Shown here piece after piece: positions 22,538-35,333 of a DNA stretch of 64,000 nt. A program made the translations under genes and the position numbers. Source of the DNA: an uncultured cyanobacterium (lineage in GTDB: Bacteria > Cyanobacteriota > Cyanobacteriia > PCC-6307 > Cyanobiaceae). Under the pieces are notes generated by a model. The model did not search any database, was not told where the DNA came from, and saw only the letters and a list, made by a program, of their open reading frames with translations. Numbering within the stretch: position 1 is the first letter of the stretch; every line of letters begins with the position of its first letter. The stretch lies in contig CAVONQ010000007.1 of the NCBI GenBank assembly GCA_963697335.1, forward strand, positions 32,001-96,000. Reading direction: 5' to 3'.

Positions 22538-24130
22538 ATGGCTGGCACGCTCGCCATCGATCTCGGCAGCAGCACCACCGTGGTGGCCTACCAGGCTCCA
22601 GGGGGAGAGCCCATGTTGCTGGCCCTGCCCCCCTTCAGCCTGGAGGAGCCACCGGTCATCCCCTCGCTGCTGTGGCTGGCGACCGCCGACAGTCCGAGAC
22701 CGCTGGTGGGCCGCCAGGTGCTGGAGGCGGGCCTGGCCCAGTCCACCGGAGTGGAGCTGCAGCGGGATTTCAAACGCCGGATCGGAGCTGGCCCGGCCGC
22801 GGCTACTGCCGCCAGCGCTGACGCCAACGGCGCCGCCACCCCCCTGCCCCTGGCCCCGGAGGCCAGCGCTGCCCTGCTGCTGCGGCTGCTCTGGCAAGCC
22901 CTGCCGCCCGACCTGGAGCCCGGCCGGCTTGTGCTCACCGCCCCGATCGAGGGCTACCGGGGTTACCGGAACTGGCTGCTGCAGGCCTGCAGCGAGCTGG
23001 ATGTGGCCGAGGTGGCCCTGGTGGATGAGCCCACCGCCGCGGCCATCGGCGCCGGGCTGGCGGCCGGCAGCACCGTGCTGGTGGTGGACGTGGGGGGCGG
23101 CACCATCGACCTCTCCCTGGTGCGGCTGGAGGGGGGCGAAGGCCGGGCGATGCCGATCGCCCAGCTGCTCCGCTTTGCGGGCCGCGACCTCGGCAGCAGC
23201 CGCCAGGCCCTGCGCTGCGCCACGGTGATCGGCAAGGCCGGCGTGGCCCTGGGCGGCCGCGACATCGATCGCTGGATCGCGCAATATCTCAGTGCCGAAC
23301 TGGGCAGCAACGGCCAGGCTGAGCCAGCCCTGCTGGATGGGGCCGAACGGCTCAAGTGCCGTCTCAGCCAGGTGCCAGAGGCGCAGGTGCTGGTGAGTTC
23401 CCCCGGCAGGGCTCCGCTGGAGTGGCGGCTCAACCGCAGCGAACTCGACGCCCTGCTGGAGCAGCAGGGTCTGCTGGAGGAACTCGACGCCCTGCTGGAG
23501 CAGGTCCTGGCCGCCGGCCGCCGCGCCGGGATGGGCATGGGCGACATCGGCGCAGTGCTGCCGGTGGGGGGAGGCAGCCAGTTGGCAGCCGTGCGGGCCT
23601 GGCTGGCCAGACGCTGCCCAGGGGTGACCATCCGCGATCAGCGGCCGGTGGAGGCCGTCGCCCTCGGCGCCCTAGCCCTCACCCCGGGCGTCCGCGTCAA
23701 CGACGTGCTCAGCCATGGCGTGAGCCTGCGCTGCTGGGACCGGCGCAGCGCCTGCCACCACTGGCATGCCCTGTTCGTGGCGGGCCAGAGCTGGCCCACC
23801 GACCATCCCCTGGAACTGGTGCTGGCCTGCAGCCAGGACGGGCAGCGGGAGCTGGAGCTGATCTTCGGGGAGCCCGTGGACGAGCAACGGCGCGAAGTGG
23901 TGTTCGAAGACGGACTGCCCGTGCTGCGCCGACGCCAGGCCGGTGAGGCAGGCGTGCGGCGTTGGAGCCAGCCGCTGCTGGCCCTGCCCCTCGATCCGCC
24001 CGGCAGCCAGGGGGTGGATCGGCTGCGCCTGAGCTTCGGGATCAATGCCCAGGGCCAGCTGGTGCTGCGCGTCACAGACCTGCTCACAGAGGAGCAGGGC
24101 CCGGAGCGGTCCCTGGGGCCGGTCCGCTGA
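22538..24130 (+). CDS. Hsp70-family protein (atypical, no canonical lid)
   Basis: AIDLGSSTT, DEPTAAAIG, DVGGGTID, LGGRDID, VGGGSQL. Confidence 0.88.
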   Translation: MAGTLAIDLGSSTTVVAYQAPGGEPMLLALPPFSLEEPPVIPSLLWLATADSPRPLVGRQVLEAGLAQSTGVELQRDFKRRIGAGPAAATAASADANGAATPLPLAPEASAALLLRLLWQALPPDLEPGRLVLTAPIEGYRGYRNWLLQACSELDVAEVALVDEPTAAAIGAGLAAGSTVLVVDVGGGTIDLSLVRLEGGEGRAMPIAQLLRFAGRDLGSSRQALRCATVIGKAGVALGGRDIDRWIAQYLSAELGSNGQAEPALLDGAERLKCRLSQVPEAQVLVSSPGRAPLEWRLNRSELDALLEQQGLLEELDALLEQVLAAGRRAGMGMGDIGAVLPVGGGSQLAAVRAWLARRCPGVTIRDQRPVEAVALGALALTPGVRVNDVLSHGVSLRCWDRRSACHHWHALFVAGQSWPTDHPLELVLACSQDGQRELELIFGEPVDEQRREVVFEDGLPVLRRRQAGEAGVRRWSQPLLALPLDPPGSQGVDRLRLSFGINAQGQLVLRVTDLLTEEQGPERSLGPVR

Positions 24131-24250
24131 GACGGATCGGCGCGATCGGCGCTGCCTGACCCAGCCCCCCAGGCCCCCTGGCCTTGCCAAGGCCTACCAG
24201 GCGCTTCGGGGCGCTTACATGGAAGCTGCCTTCCCCGGTTCTGCCCCCTT

Positions 24251-25078
24251 TTGGCCCTGCGTCTACATCGGCGGCCTCGCGTCTGGATTGCTGTTGCTGT
24301 CGGGCTGGTGGCCGCGATGGCGGGGGCGGCCTGGTGGTGGGAGCGCCAGCTGCCTGGCCGCCTCGAGGCGGCCGGCGAGCGCGGCGACCTGGATGCCTGC
24401 CTGCGCTACGGCGCCCAGCTGCAGGCCCTGCGCTGGCTGGGCGGCGGCGCTGCTCAGGAGCAGGGCCAGTGCCGCCGTCGCAAAGCCGGCCAGTTGTGGG
24501 AGCAGGAGCAATGGGGCGAGGCCCTGGGGCTGCAGCTGCAGCTGGTCAATTCCGAAGCGGCCAGGCCGGAGGATCGCCAGCGCCTCGACGCCTGGCAGGT
24601 GGCCCTGCAGGATCGGGCCATGGCCCGCTTTGAAGCCGGCGATCTCGAGGGCAGCCTGGCCCTGCTGGAGCCCATGGGCGAGCACGAGCGCCCCGACCGC
24701 CGGTCCCTGGGCAACCGCCTCCAGGAGATCTGGATCCGCAACCAGCAGCAACTGGAGCGGGCCAAGCGCCTCAGCCAGGAGAAGCGTTGGTGGGAGGCCC
24801 TCGAGGCCCTCAACCGCATCGACCATCCTTGGTGGAAACAGCAGAGTGAGGCCGTCAGGGAGGAGGTCCAACAGGGCATCGGCAGCCTGCGGGGGCCAGA
24901 TCGCCAGCGGGATGGCCACGGCGCCCTGCCCCACTCGGTGCCCCTTGAGCAGCTGGACCGGCAAGTGCAGCAGCGCATCGCTGGCGGCATGGATGAATGG
25001 GCCGCCTTCGAGGCCGCCTGCCGGGCCCTGGGCGGCAAGGTGGTCGAGGCCGGGCCGGAGAGCGGTTGTCAGCGCTGA
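24251..25078 (+). CDS. Hypothetical membrane-anchored alpha-helical protein
   Basis: N-terminal TM helix followed by helical-repeat-like sequence; start uncertain. Confidence 0.65.
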   Translation: MALRLHRRPRVWIAVAVGLVAAMAGAAWWWERQLPGRLEAAGERGDLDACLRYGAQLQALRWLGGGAAQEQGQCRRRKAGQLWEQEQWGEALGLQLQLVNSEAARPEDRQRLDAWQVALQDRAMARFEAGDLEGSLALLEPMGEHERPDRRSLGNRLQEIWIRNQQQLERAKRLSQEKRWWEALEALNRIDHPWWKQQSEAVREEVQQGIGSLRGPDRQRDGHGALPHSVPLEQLDRQVQQRIAGGMDEWAAFEAACRALGGKVVEAGPESGCQR

Positions 25079-25131
25079 GGGAGGCTCAGGCATGCCATGA
25101 CAAGATTGGACACGTGAGTGTGGGGTCGTTC

Positions 25132-25350
25132 ATGCAGCCAGGGGATCAGGTCAGGGTCTGCCAGAGCGTGGTGGTGTATCACCATCCCGAACACCGCGGC
25201 GAGGCCTTTGATCTGAAGGGCCAGCAGGGTGAGGTGAAGACCGTGCTGGACGACTGGAAAGGACGGGTGATCAGCCCCACGCTGCCCGTGATCGTGGTCT
25301 TCGGAAAATTCCGGGCCCACTTCCGCCCCGACGAGCTCGAAGCCGCCTGA
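25132..25350 (+). CDS. ftrV: Ferredoxin-thioredoxin reductase, variable chain
   Basis: MQPGDQVRV..SVVVYHHPEHRGEAFDLKG...FRAHFRPDELE. Confidence 0.92.
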   Translation: MQPGDQVRVCQSVVVYHHPEHRGEAFDLKGQQGEVKTVLDDWKGRVISPTLPVIVVFGKFRAHFRPDELEAA

Positions 25351-25414
25351 ACCAGGCCACAACACAGTCCCTCCCCCTTGGTGGGCTGGGTCAGTCCGTT
25401 GAGGGGCAGCCTGC

Positions 25415-25951
25415 TCAGGTTGCTGAGCGAATCAGGAAGACACCCTCTTCCGGGTCGATGCCGCGCAGACACAGCTGGATCGACTCCTGGCGGCTGGTGG
25501 GGACGACGCGGCCGCAGAAGTCCGGCTGGATCGGCACTTCCCTGTGCCCCCGGTCCACCATCACCAGCAGGCTCACCCGTTTGGGACGCCCCCAGGCCTG
25601 CAGCGCCTCCAGGGCAGCCCGCACCGTGCGTCCCGTGAAGATCACGTCGTCCACCAGCAGCACATGGCGGCCCTCCAGGGCCACGGGCAGGGCCGTGGGC
25701 TGCACCAGACGGGTGCCCACCCGATCCAGGTCGTCCCGGTGAAAGGTGGGATCGAGGGCGCCCCGATCCACGGACTGCCCGCTGAGCTGCTCCAGCCTCG
25801 AGGCCAGCACCTCGGCCAGGGCCACGCCCCTGGTGGGGATCCCCAGCAACAGCAGCGCCTCGCCGTCCGGCTCGGCCTCCAGCACCTGGGTGGCGAGCCG
25901 ATCGAGGGTGCGGGCCAGCTCACCGCTGGAGAGAAGTTCCAGCCTGGCCAT
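25415..25951 (-). CDS. pyrR: PyrR attenuation regulator / uracil phosphoribosyltransferase
   Basis: GIPTRG, TFHRDD, LLVDDVIFTGRTVRAAL, DRGHREVPIQPDF. Confidence 0.95.
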   Translation of the reverse strand: MARLELLSSGELARTLDRLATQVLEAEPDGEALLLLGIPTRGVALAEVLASRLEQLSGQSVDRGALDPTFHRDDLDRVGTRLVQPTALPVALEGRHVLLVDDVIFTGRTVRAALEALQAWGRPKRVSLLVMVDRGHREVPIQPDFCGRVVPTSRQESIQLCLRGIDPEEGVFLIRSAT

Positions 25952-26147
25952 GCGCAGAGAAAGCTCCAGGGCGCTCAGGGGGAATCGTAGGCAGACCGGG
26001 CCGCCAGGCATCCACGGGATCAGTGAGTTGGTCAGGCGAGGCCCGATCCTGTGAGTGTGACCAAAACCTGACGCTGGATGGAAGCAACGGAGGACCGTTA
26101 CAAATGGGCTGTAAGTTGACACCCGAAGACACTTTCCAGCATGTGAG

Positions 26148-27836
26148 GTGAGCCGGGTGTCAGCAAATCCCTCCCAGCAGTCAGCCGTGGGTTCCAGAGA
26201 GGGTCTCTCGGCCGCCGCGCTGCAGGGGAGCACAGCTGGTCGGTCCGCCCCCATCGCCCCTGTGGTGCTTGCGATTCTCGACGGCTGGGGTCACCGCCAC
26301 GAGCAGGCCAATAACGCCATCCGCCTCGCTGAAACACCGGTGATGGATGCCCTTTGGCACGCCTATCCCCACACCCTGATCGAGGCCAGCGGCGCGGCCG
26401 TGGGCCTGCCGGACCATCAGATGGGCAATTCCGAGGTGGGCCATCTCACGATCGGCTCAGGTCGGGTCATCCGTCAGGAACTGGTGCGCATCTCCCAGGC
26501 CGTGCGCGACGGCTCCCTGGCTCGCAACGGCGCCCTCAATGCCCTGGCCGATTCCCTGCTCCAGAGCGGTGGCACGCTGCACCTGCTGGGCCTCTGCTCC
26601 GATGGCGGGGTGCACAGCCACATCAGCCACCTCGCGGGCCTGCTGCAGTGGGCCGCAGGGCGCGGCCTCAGCGATGTGTGTGTTCATCTGATCACCGATG
26701 GCCGCGACACGGCCCCCACCAGCGCCCTCACCTACGCGGCGATGGTCGAGGCCCAGATCGCGGCAGCGGGGGTCGGCCGGATCGCCACCGTCTGCGGTCG
26801 CTACTGGGCCATGGACCGGGACAGCCGCTGGGAGCGCACCGAACGGGCCTACCGGCTGTACACCGAGCCCGGAGATCCCACGGGTCAGTCAGCGGCGGAC
26901 GTGATCACCGCCGCCCATGGCGCCGATGTGGGGGATGAGTTCATTGAGCCGGTGCGCCTCACCGAGGGCCATCTGCAATCGGGCGACGGCCTGATCTGTT
27001 TCAACTTCCGCCCCGACCGGGTGCGGCAACTGGTCCGCGCTCTGGTGCTCAGCGACTTCGACGCCTTCCCGCGCGCCGATCCCCCCAGGCTGGAGGTGGT
27101 CACCTTCACCCAGTACGAGCGGGGCCTGCCCGTTGAGGTGGCCTTTCCACCGGAATCCCTCGATGGCCTGCTGGGTCAGGTGATCTCGGAGGCGGGCCTG
27201 CGCCAGTTCAGAACCGCAGAAACGGAGAAATATCCCCATGTCACTTACTTCATGAACGGCGGCATTGAGCAGGCCTTCCCCGGCGAAGACCGTCACCTCG
27301 TGCCTTCCCCCCGGGTCGCCACCTACGACCAGGCCCCGGCCATGTCAGCCGAACAGCTCACCGAGAGCTGCGTGGCGGCGATCCGCAAAGGGATCTATGC
27401 CCTGGTGGTGATCAACTACGCCAACCCCGACATGGTGGGGCACACCGGGCAGATCCAGGCCACCACCGAGGCGATCGCCACCGTGGACCACTGCGTTGGC
27501 CGGTTGATGGAAGCCACCAATCGCATGGGCGGCACGCTGCTGATCACCGCCGACCACGGCAATGCCGAGGTGATGGTGGGCGACGATGGCCGGCCCTGGA
27601 CGGCCCATACCACCAACCCGGTGCCGGTGATCCTGGTGGAGGGGGAGCAGCGCAAGCTGCCCGGCCACGGCAACGCCGTGACCCTGCGCGAACATGGCGG
27701 GCTGGCCGACATTGCCCCAACCCTGCTGGAGATCCTGGGGCTTCCCAAGCCCAGCCTGATGACCGGCACCTCTCTGGTGGAGCCGACCACGGTGACCGTC
27801 ACGGAGAACCGGGTGCCGCAGACCCTGAGCGTCTAG
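26148..27836 (+). CDS. gpmI: 2,3-bisphosphoglycerate-independent phosphoglycerate mutase
   Basis: [41 protein letters not shown]; start uncertain. Confidence 0.97.
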   Translation: MSRVSANPSQQSAVGSREGLSAAALQGSTAGRSAPIAPVVLAILDGWGHRHEQANNAIRLAETPVMDALWHAYPHTLIEASGAAVGLPDHQMGNSEVGHLTIGSGRVIRQELVRISQAVRDGSLARNGALNALADSLLQSGGTLHLLGLCSDGGVHSHISHLAGLLQWAAGRGLSDVCVHLITDGRDTAPTSALTYAAMVEAQIAAAGVGRIATVCGRYWAMDRDSRWERTERAYRLYTEPGDPTGQSAADVITAAHGADVGDEFIEPVRLTEGHLQSGDGLICFNFRPDRVRQLVRALVLSDFDAFPRADPPRLEVVTFTQYERGLPVEVAFPPESLDGLLGQVISEAGLRQFRTAETEKYPHVTYFMNGGIEQAFPGEDRHLVPSPRVATYDQAPAMSAEQLTESCVAAIRKGIYALVVINYANPDMVGHTGQIQATTEAIATVDHCVGRLMEATNRMGGTLLITADHGNAEVMVGDDGRPWTAHTTNPVPVILVEGEQRKLPGHGNAVTLREHGGLADIAPTLLEILGLPKPSLMTGTSLVEPTTVTVTENRVPQTLSV

Positions 27837-27860
27837 CCTGCGACAACCGCATCCGCAGCC

Positions 27861-28091
27861 ATGGTTGCTTCCGTGATGGCCTGGGTCTGGGCCGCCACCG
27901 GCATTCTCCTGATCCTCAGCGTTCTCCTGCACAGCCCCAAAGGCGACGGCATGGGAGGCCTGGCATCCAGCGGCGGCTCGATGTTCACCAGCGCCCGCAG
28001 CGCCGAACAGACCCTCAACCGCGTCACCTGGACCCTGCTGGTGCTGTTCCTGGCCCTGGCCGTGGTGCTGAGTGCCGGCTGGCTGGCCTGA
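27861..28091 (+). CDS. secG: Preprotein translocase subunit SecG
   Basis: VLLHSPKGDGMGG...SAEQTLNRVTW. Confidence 0.95.
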   Translation: MVASVMAWVWAATGILLILSVLLHSPKGDGMGGLASSGGSMFTSARSAEQTLNRVTWTLLVLFLALAVVLSAGWLA

Positions 28092-28119
28092 GCCCTGCCC
28101 CTTGCCCTCCCCTACTCTG

Positions 28120-28608
28120 ATGCCCATGTCCCGTCGCAACCTGTTCACCGGCCTGGCCACGGGCCTGGCGGGTCTGCTGGTGACGGGATGCCGAGCCGAC
28201 GCCTCCTCGGAGGCGAAGGACCCGAGTTGGCAACTGAGCGAAGCGGAATGGCGCAAGCGGCTGAGTCCCGAGGCCTTCAAGGTGCTGCGCCAGGAGGGCA
28301 CCGAGCGCCCCTTCTCCAGCCCGCTCAATGCCGAAAAGCGTCAGGGCACCTACAGCTGCGCCGGCTGCGAGTTGCCCCTGTTCAGCTCCAGCACCAAGTA
28401 CGACAGCGGCACCGGCTGGCCAAGCTTCTGGGAACCCCTGCCCATGGCCCTCGGCACCAAGAAGGATTTCAAGCTGATCGTGCCCCGCACCGAATACCAC
28501 TGCCGCCGCTGCGGCGGCCACCAGGGCCATGTCTTCGCTGACGGCCCCAGGCCCACGGGCAAGCGCTACTGCAACAACGGTGTCGCCCTGCGCTTCGAGC
28601 CCAGCTGA
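28120..28608 (+). CDS. msrB: Methionine-R-sulfoxide reductase with Tat-like signal
   Basis: GTERPF, CAGC, KYDSGTGWPSF, CRRCGGHQGHVF, RYCNNG; N-terminal SRRNLF. Confidence 0.93.
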   Translation: MPMSRRNLFTGLATGLAGLLVTGCRADASSEAKDPSWQLSEAEWRKRLSPEAFKVLRQEGTERPFSSPLNAEKRQGTYSCAGCELPLFSSSTKYDSGTGWPSFWEPLPMALGTKKDFKLIVPRTEYHCRRCGGHQGHVFADGPRPTGKRYCNNGVALRFEPS

Positions 28609-28628
28609 TTGCCTGTCAACCGTGCTGA

Positions 28629-29798
28629 TTGCCCGTGACTAGTCCCTACAGCGCCCTGCCGAGCAGGGCTTTCTGGCGAAAGGCGGTGGCAGAGGCCTCT
28701 CCATTCGATCAGAGCGACCTCTACAAACCCAAGTGGAGGATCACGCCAGACACCAAGATTGCCACCGCGGGCAGCTGCTTTGCTCAGCACATCACCAGCC
28801 ACTTGAGGGCGAACAGCTTCAACGTTCTGGATCTGGAGAAACCGCCCTACTCCTTGGCGGAAGAACATCACCAGCGGTTCGGATTCTCACTTTATTCCTG
28901 CCGTTACGGCAACATCTACACCGCCCAGCAACTGCTCCAGCTGGCCCAGGAAGCACGCGGCCGCTTTCAGCCCCAGGAACCAGCCTGGGAGCGGGACGGT
29001 CGCTGGTTTGACGCCCAGCGGCCGGGCGTCGAACCTGAAGGGCTGGGCAGTGCCGACGCCGTGAGGGAGCATCGCCGCTATCACCTCACCCGGGTGAGGC
29101 TGATGTTCAAACGCATGGATCTGTTCATCTTCACCCTCGGGCTCACGGAAGCCTGGGTGCGCCGCGGCGGGCTGCAGGACACGGTGTATCCCACCGCTCC
29201 CGGCACCATCGCCGGCCAGTTCGTGCCGGAACAGTACGCCTTCAGAAACTACGGCTGCGCCAGCGTGATCCAGGCACTGCAAAGCTTTCGGCGGGTGGTG
29301 ATGAGCATGCGGCGGGGCCGATCCTTCCAGATGCTGCTCACCGTGTCGCCGGTGCCGCTCACGGCCACCGCCAGTGGGGACCATGTGCTCGCCGCCACCA
29401 CCTACTCCAAGGCCGTGCTGCGGGCAGCAGCTGGCGATCTGGCGGCCGGCTCTGAGGCCATCGACTATTTCCCTTCCTACGAAATCATCACCAACCAGGC
29501 GGCCCGGGGTGTCTTCTACGAGGCCAATCTGCGCTCGGTGCGCAGCCAGGGTGTGAGCGTGGCCATGGACACCTTCCTGGAGGCCCACAGGCCCGAGGCC
29601 CAGAGCCGCCACACCCACAGGCTCAATGGCCAAGCAGCTGACGCCACCCCAGGGGCGCCGATGCCCGCCAGGATCCGGGGCAAAAGCGCCTCCCGGGTGC
29701 GGCGCCAGGGCCAGCGGGCCGAAAGGCAGACCAACCAGCGCCAGCGGGCTGGCGATCTGCAGTGCGAAGAGGCCCTGCTGGAGGCCTTCGGCCCATGA
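28629..29798 (+). CDS. GSCFA-domain protein (SGNH-like)
   Basis: TAGSCFAQH, RYGNIYT, FTLGLTEAW, LTVSPVPL, SKAVLRAA, YFPSYEII. Confidence 0.9.
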   Translation: MPVTSPYSALPSRAFWRKAVAEASPFDQSDLYKPKWRITPDTKIATAGSCFAQHITSHLRANSFNVLDLEKPPYSLAEEHHQRFGFSLYSCRYGNIYTAQQLLQLAQEARGRFQPQEPAWERDGRWFDAQRPGVEPEGLGSADAVREHRRYHLTRVRLMFKRMDLFIFTLGLTEAWVRRGGLQDTVYPTAPGTIAGQFVPEQYAFRNYGCASVIQALQSFRRVVMSMRRGRSFQMLLTVSPVPLTATASGDHVLAATTYSKAVLRAAAGDLAAGSEAIDYFPSYEIITNQAARGVFYEANLRSVRSQGVSVAMDTFLEAHRPEAQSRHTHRLNGQAADATPGAPMPARIRGKSASRVRRQGQRAERQTNQRQRAGDLQCEEALLEAFGP

Positions 29799-30553
29799 AG
29801 CGGGTCCTCTGGTGCGGAGGCTCCCACCTGGGAAATACCAAGAATTCAGCGATTCGCCGCCTGCACCAAGGGTTGCTGTGCGACTACAACGCCGACTTCT
29901 ACATCACCGCTGCCCCCGCCAACCGCAACTGGAGCGCCAGGGGGGGGCGTTACGGAGTGGAGGGCAGCACGGTATTTGGCAATCGCACCATGCCCAAGGA
30001 GCGGCGTGATCTGAGCCTCTATGCCGCCATTATCTTCGTTGGCCAGTGGATTCAACCCTGGTTCGCCTTTCGGGACGCTCTTCCCCTCTCAGATGCCCTG
30101 CTGCGCCTGAGCCTGGAGGGCTTGCCCCTGCATCCCTGGATCACCCGTCAAGGCCATCGGGTGCGCTGGTTCAATGAGCCCCTGACCTTGTTTCCCCAGC
30201 TCACCCAGGCCCCCGTGATCCTGATTCGCGACCCCGAGGCCCGCATGGAGCACTACCGACTCGTGCCGGCGGCGGTAAAGCGGAGCTTCCAGGCCCATCT
30301 GGAGGCATTCTGCCGGGAGGCCGGCATCGTGCTCTGTCCCCAGGCCTCGGACGCCCTGGATCGCGACCTGGTGACCCTGCCGCGCTATCTCCGCAACAGA
30401 GCTGGGGAGGATTGCGTGCACATGTCGGATGAGTACTGGCAGCGTCTGTTCGTCAATCAGCTGGAGCCGCTGTTGAGGGTCCAGCTGCAGCAGTGCAACG
30501 GGAGTGTGGGGTCGAGCAACCTGGCAACAGCTAGAGTAAATTCATCAGGTTAA
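29795..30553 (+). CDS. Hypothetical protein, possibly SGNH-hydrolase-like
   Basis: ATGA overlap with the GSCFA gene; N-terminal GGSH and C-terminal DCVH. Confidence 0.65.
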   Translation: MKRVLWCGGSHLGNTKNSAIRRLHQGLLCDYNADFYITAAPANRNWSARGGRYGVEGSTVFGNRTMPKERRDLSLYAAIIFVGQWIQPWFAFRDALPLSDALLRLSLEGLPLHPWITRQGHRVRWFNEPLTLFPQLTQAPVILIRDPEARMEHYRLVPAAVKRSFQAHLEAFCREAGIVLCPQASDALDRDLVTLPRYLRNRAGEDCVHMSDEYWQRLFVNQLEPLLRVQLQQCNGSVGSSNLATARVNSSG

Positions 30554-30562
30554 CCCTGAAAT

Positions 30563-30907
30563 ATGAGCAGGTTTCAAGCAACCATCTCCACATTTGCAGC
30601 GATCGGCACGATTGCCCTCACTGTTGTAACGGTCTACCGTTTCGTTGACAATCAGCGGCAGAGCGAGCTGCAGAATCAGAAGGAAATTCAAACTCTCAGA
30701 GAGCAGCTCAATCAGCGGTTGCTGGACAGGCCCCTCGAATCGGAGCCTGACGCTCCCACTCCCACACCGCGAGAGTCTTCAAGGCCGTCCGTGGGATCTG
30801 GTGGGCCATCAGAGCCAGCCCAGTCTGCGCCGCCGGTGTTCAAGCCCTCTGTGATCCAGCCCACGGATCCCCCTCCGGATCCGCCCCCAGTTGAATCCGG
30901 CCCCTGA
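30563..30907 (+). CDS. Hypothetical protein: TM helix, coiled coil, Pro-rich tail
   Basis: ATG-start ORF filling the gap; visibly more AT-rich 5' half. Confidence 0.55.
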   Translation: MSRFQATISTFAAIGTIALTVVTVYRFVDNQRQSELQNQKEIQTLREQLNQRLLDRPLESEPDAPTPTPRESSRPSVGSGGPSEPAQSAPPVFKPSVIQPTDPPPDPPPVESGP

Positions 30908-30947
30908 GGAAGCTGGCAGGGCCACAGCCCAACAGCCCGCAAGAACG

Positions 30948-30972
30948 AAAAAAGCGCCCCGGGAGGGGCGCT
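30948..30972 (-). terminator. Intrinsic terminator after groEL
   Basis: AGCGCCCC-TCCC-GGGGCGCT followed by a T-tract on the minus strand. Confidence 0.85.
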
Positions 30973-31020
30973 GCTGACAGGGGGATGACAAGACCCACCC
31001 TGGTTGGGGGATTAGATCGA

Positions 31021-34802
<3,782 letters not shown>

Positions 34803-34836
34803 TTGATCCCGCTCCTTCAACCCTGAGGTTTTCTTC

Positions 34837-35244
34837 ATGTCCCTGACTCTCCGAGTTCTGGCACCGGACCAGAGCGTTTTTGATGGCAGCGCCGAAGAGG
34901 TGATCCTGCCCAGCACCACCGGCCAGGTGGGCATCTTGCCCGGCCACGTCACCATGCTGGCGGCCCTGGACACTGGGGTGATGCGTCTACGGGCGGGAGG
35001 ATCCTGGAGCACGATCGCCCTGCTTGGTGGCTTTGCCGAGGTGGAAGCCGATGAGGTCACGGTGTTGGTGAACGGCGCCCAACTGGGCGCCAGCATCGAT
35101 GCGGCTGCGGCCCAGGCTGAGTTCGAAGCAGCCCAGACCATCGCCAGCAGCTTTGAGGGCAAGTCGCCGAGCACGGAAAAGCTCAAGGCACAGCAGGCCC
35201 TTGCCAAGGCCAGGGCCTGGATGCAGGCCACCCGGGGCACCTGA
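34837..35244 (+). CDS. atpC: ATP synthase F1 epsilon subunit
   Basis: LPSTTGQVGILPGH, GGFAEV; follows the beta gene. Confidence 0.96.
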   Translation: MSLTLRVLAPDQSVFDGSAEEVILPSTTGQVGILPGHVTMLAALDTGVMRLRAGGSWSTIALLGGFAEVEADEVTVLVNGAQLGASIDAAAAQAEFEAAQTIASSFEGKSPSTEKLKAQQALAKARAWMQATRGT

Positions 35245-35333
35245 AGCCAGGCTGCCCAGGTCATGCCCGGCCTGGGCATCGATAGATTCGCGCCGAAGGC
35301 GGCTGCCGCCATGACAGCACTTGCGGGAGGACG

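Noticed and set aside
26097..26115. TTACA-N7-TGTAA palindrome between pyrR and gpmI as an NtcA site
   Set aside because: Does not fit GTA-N8-TAC; 5-bp arms are too short to support a call
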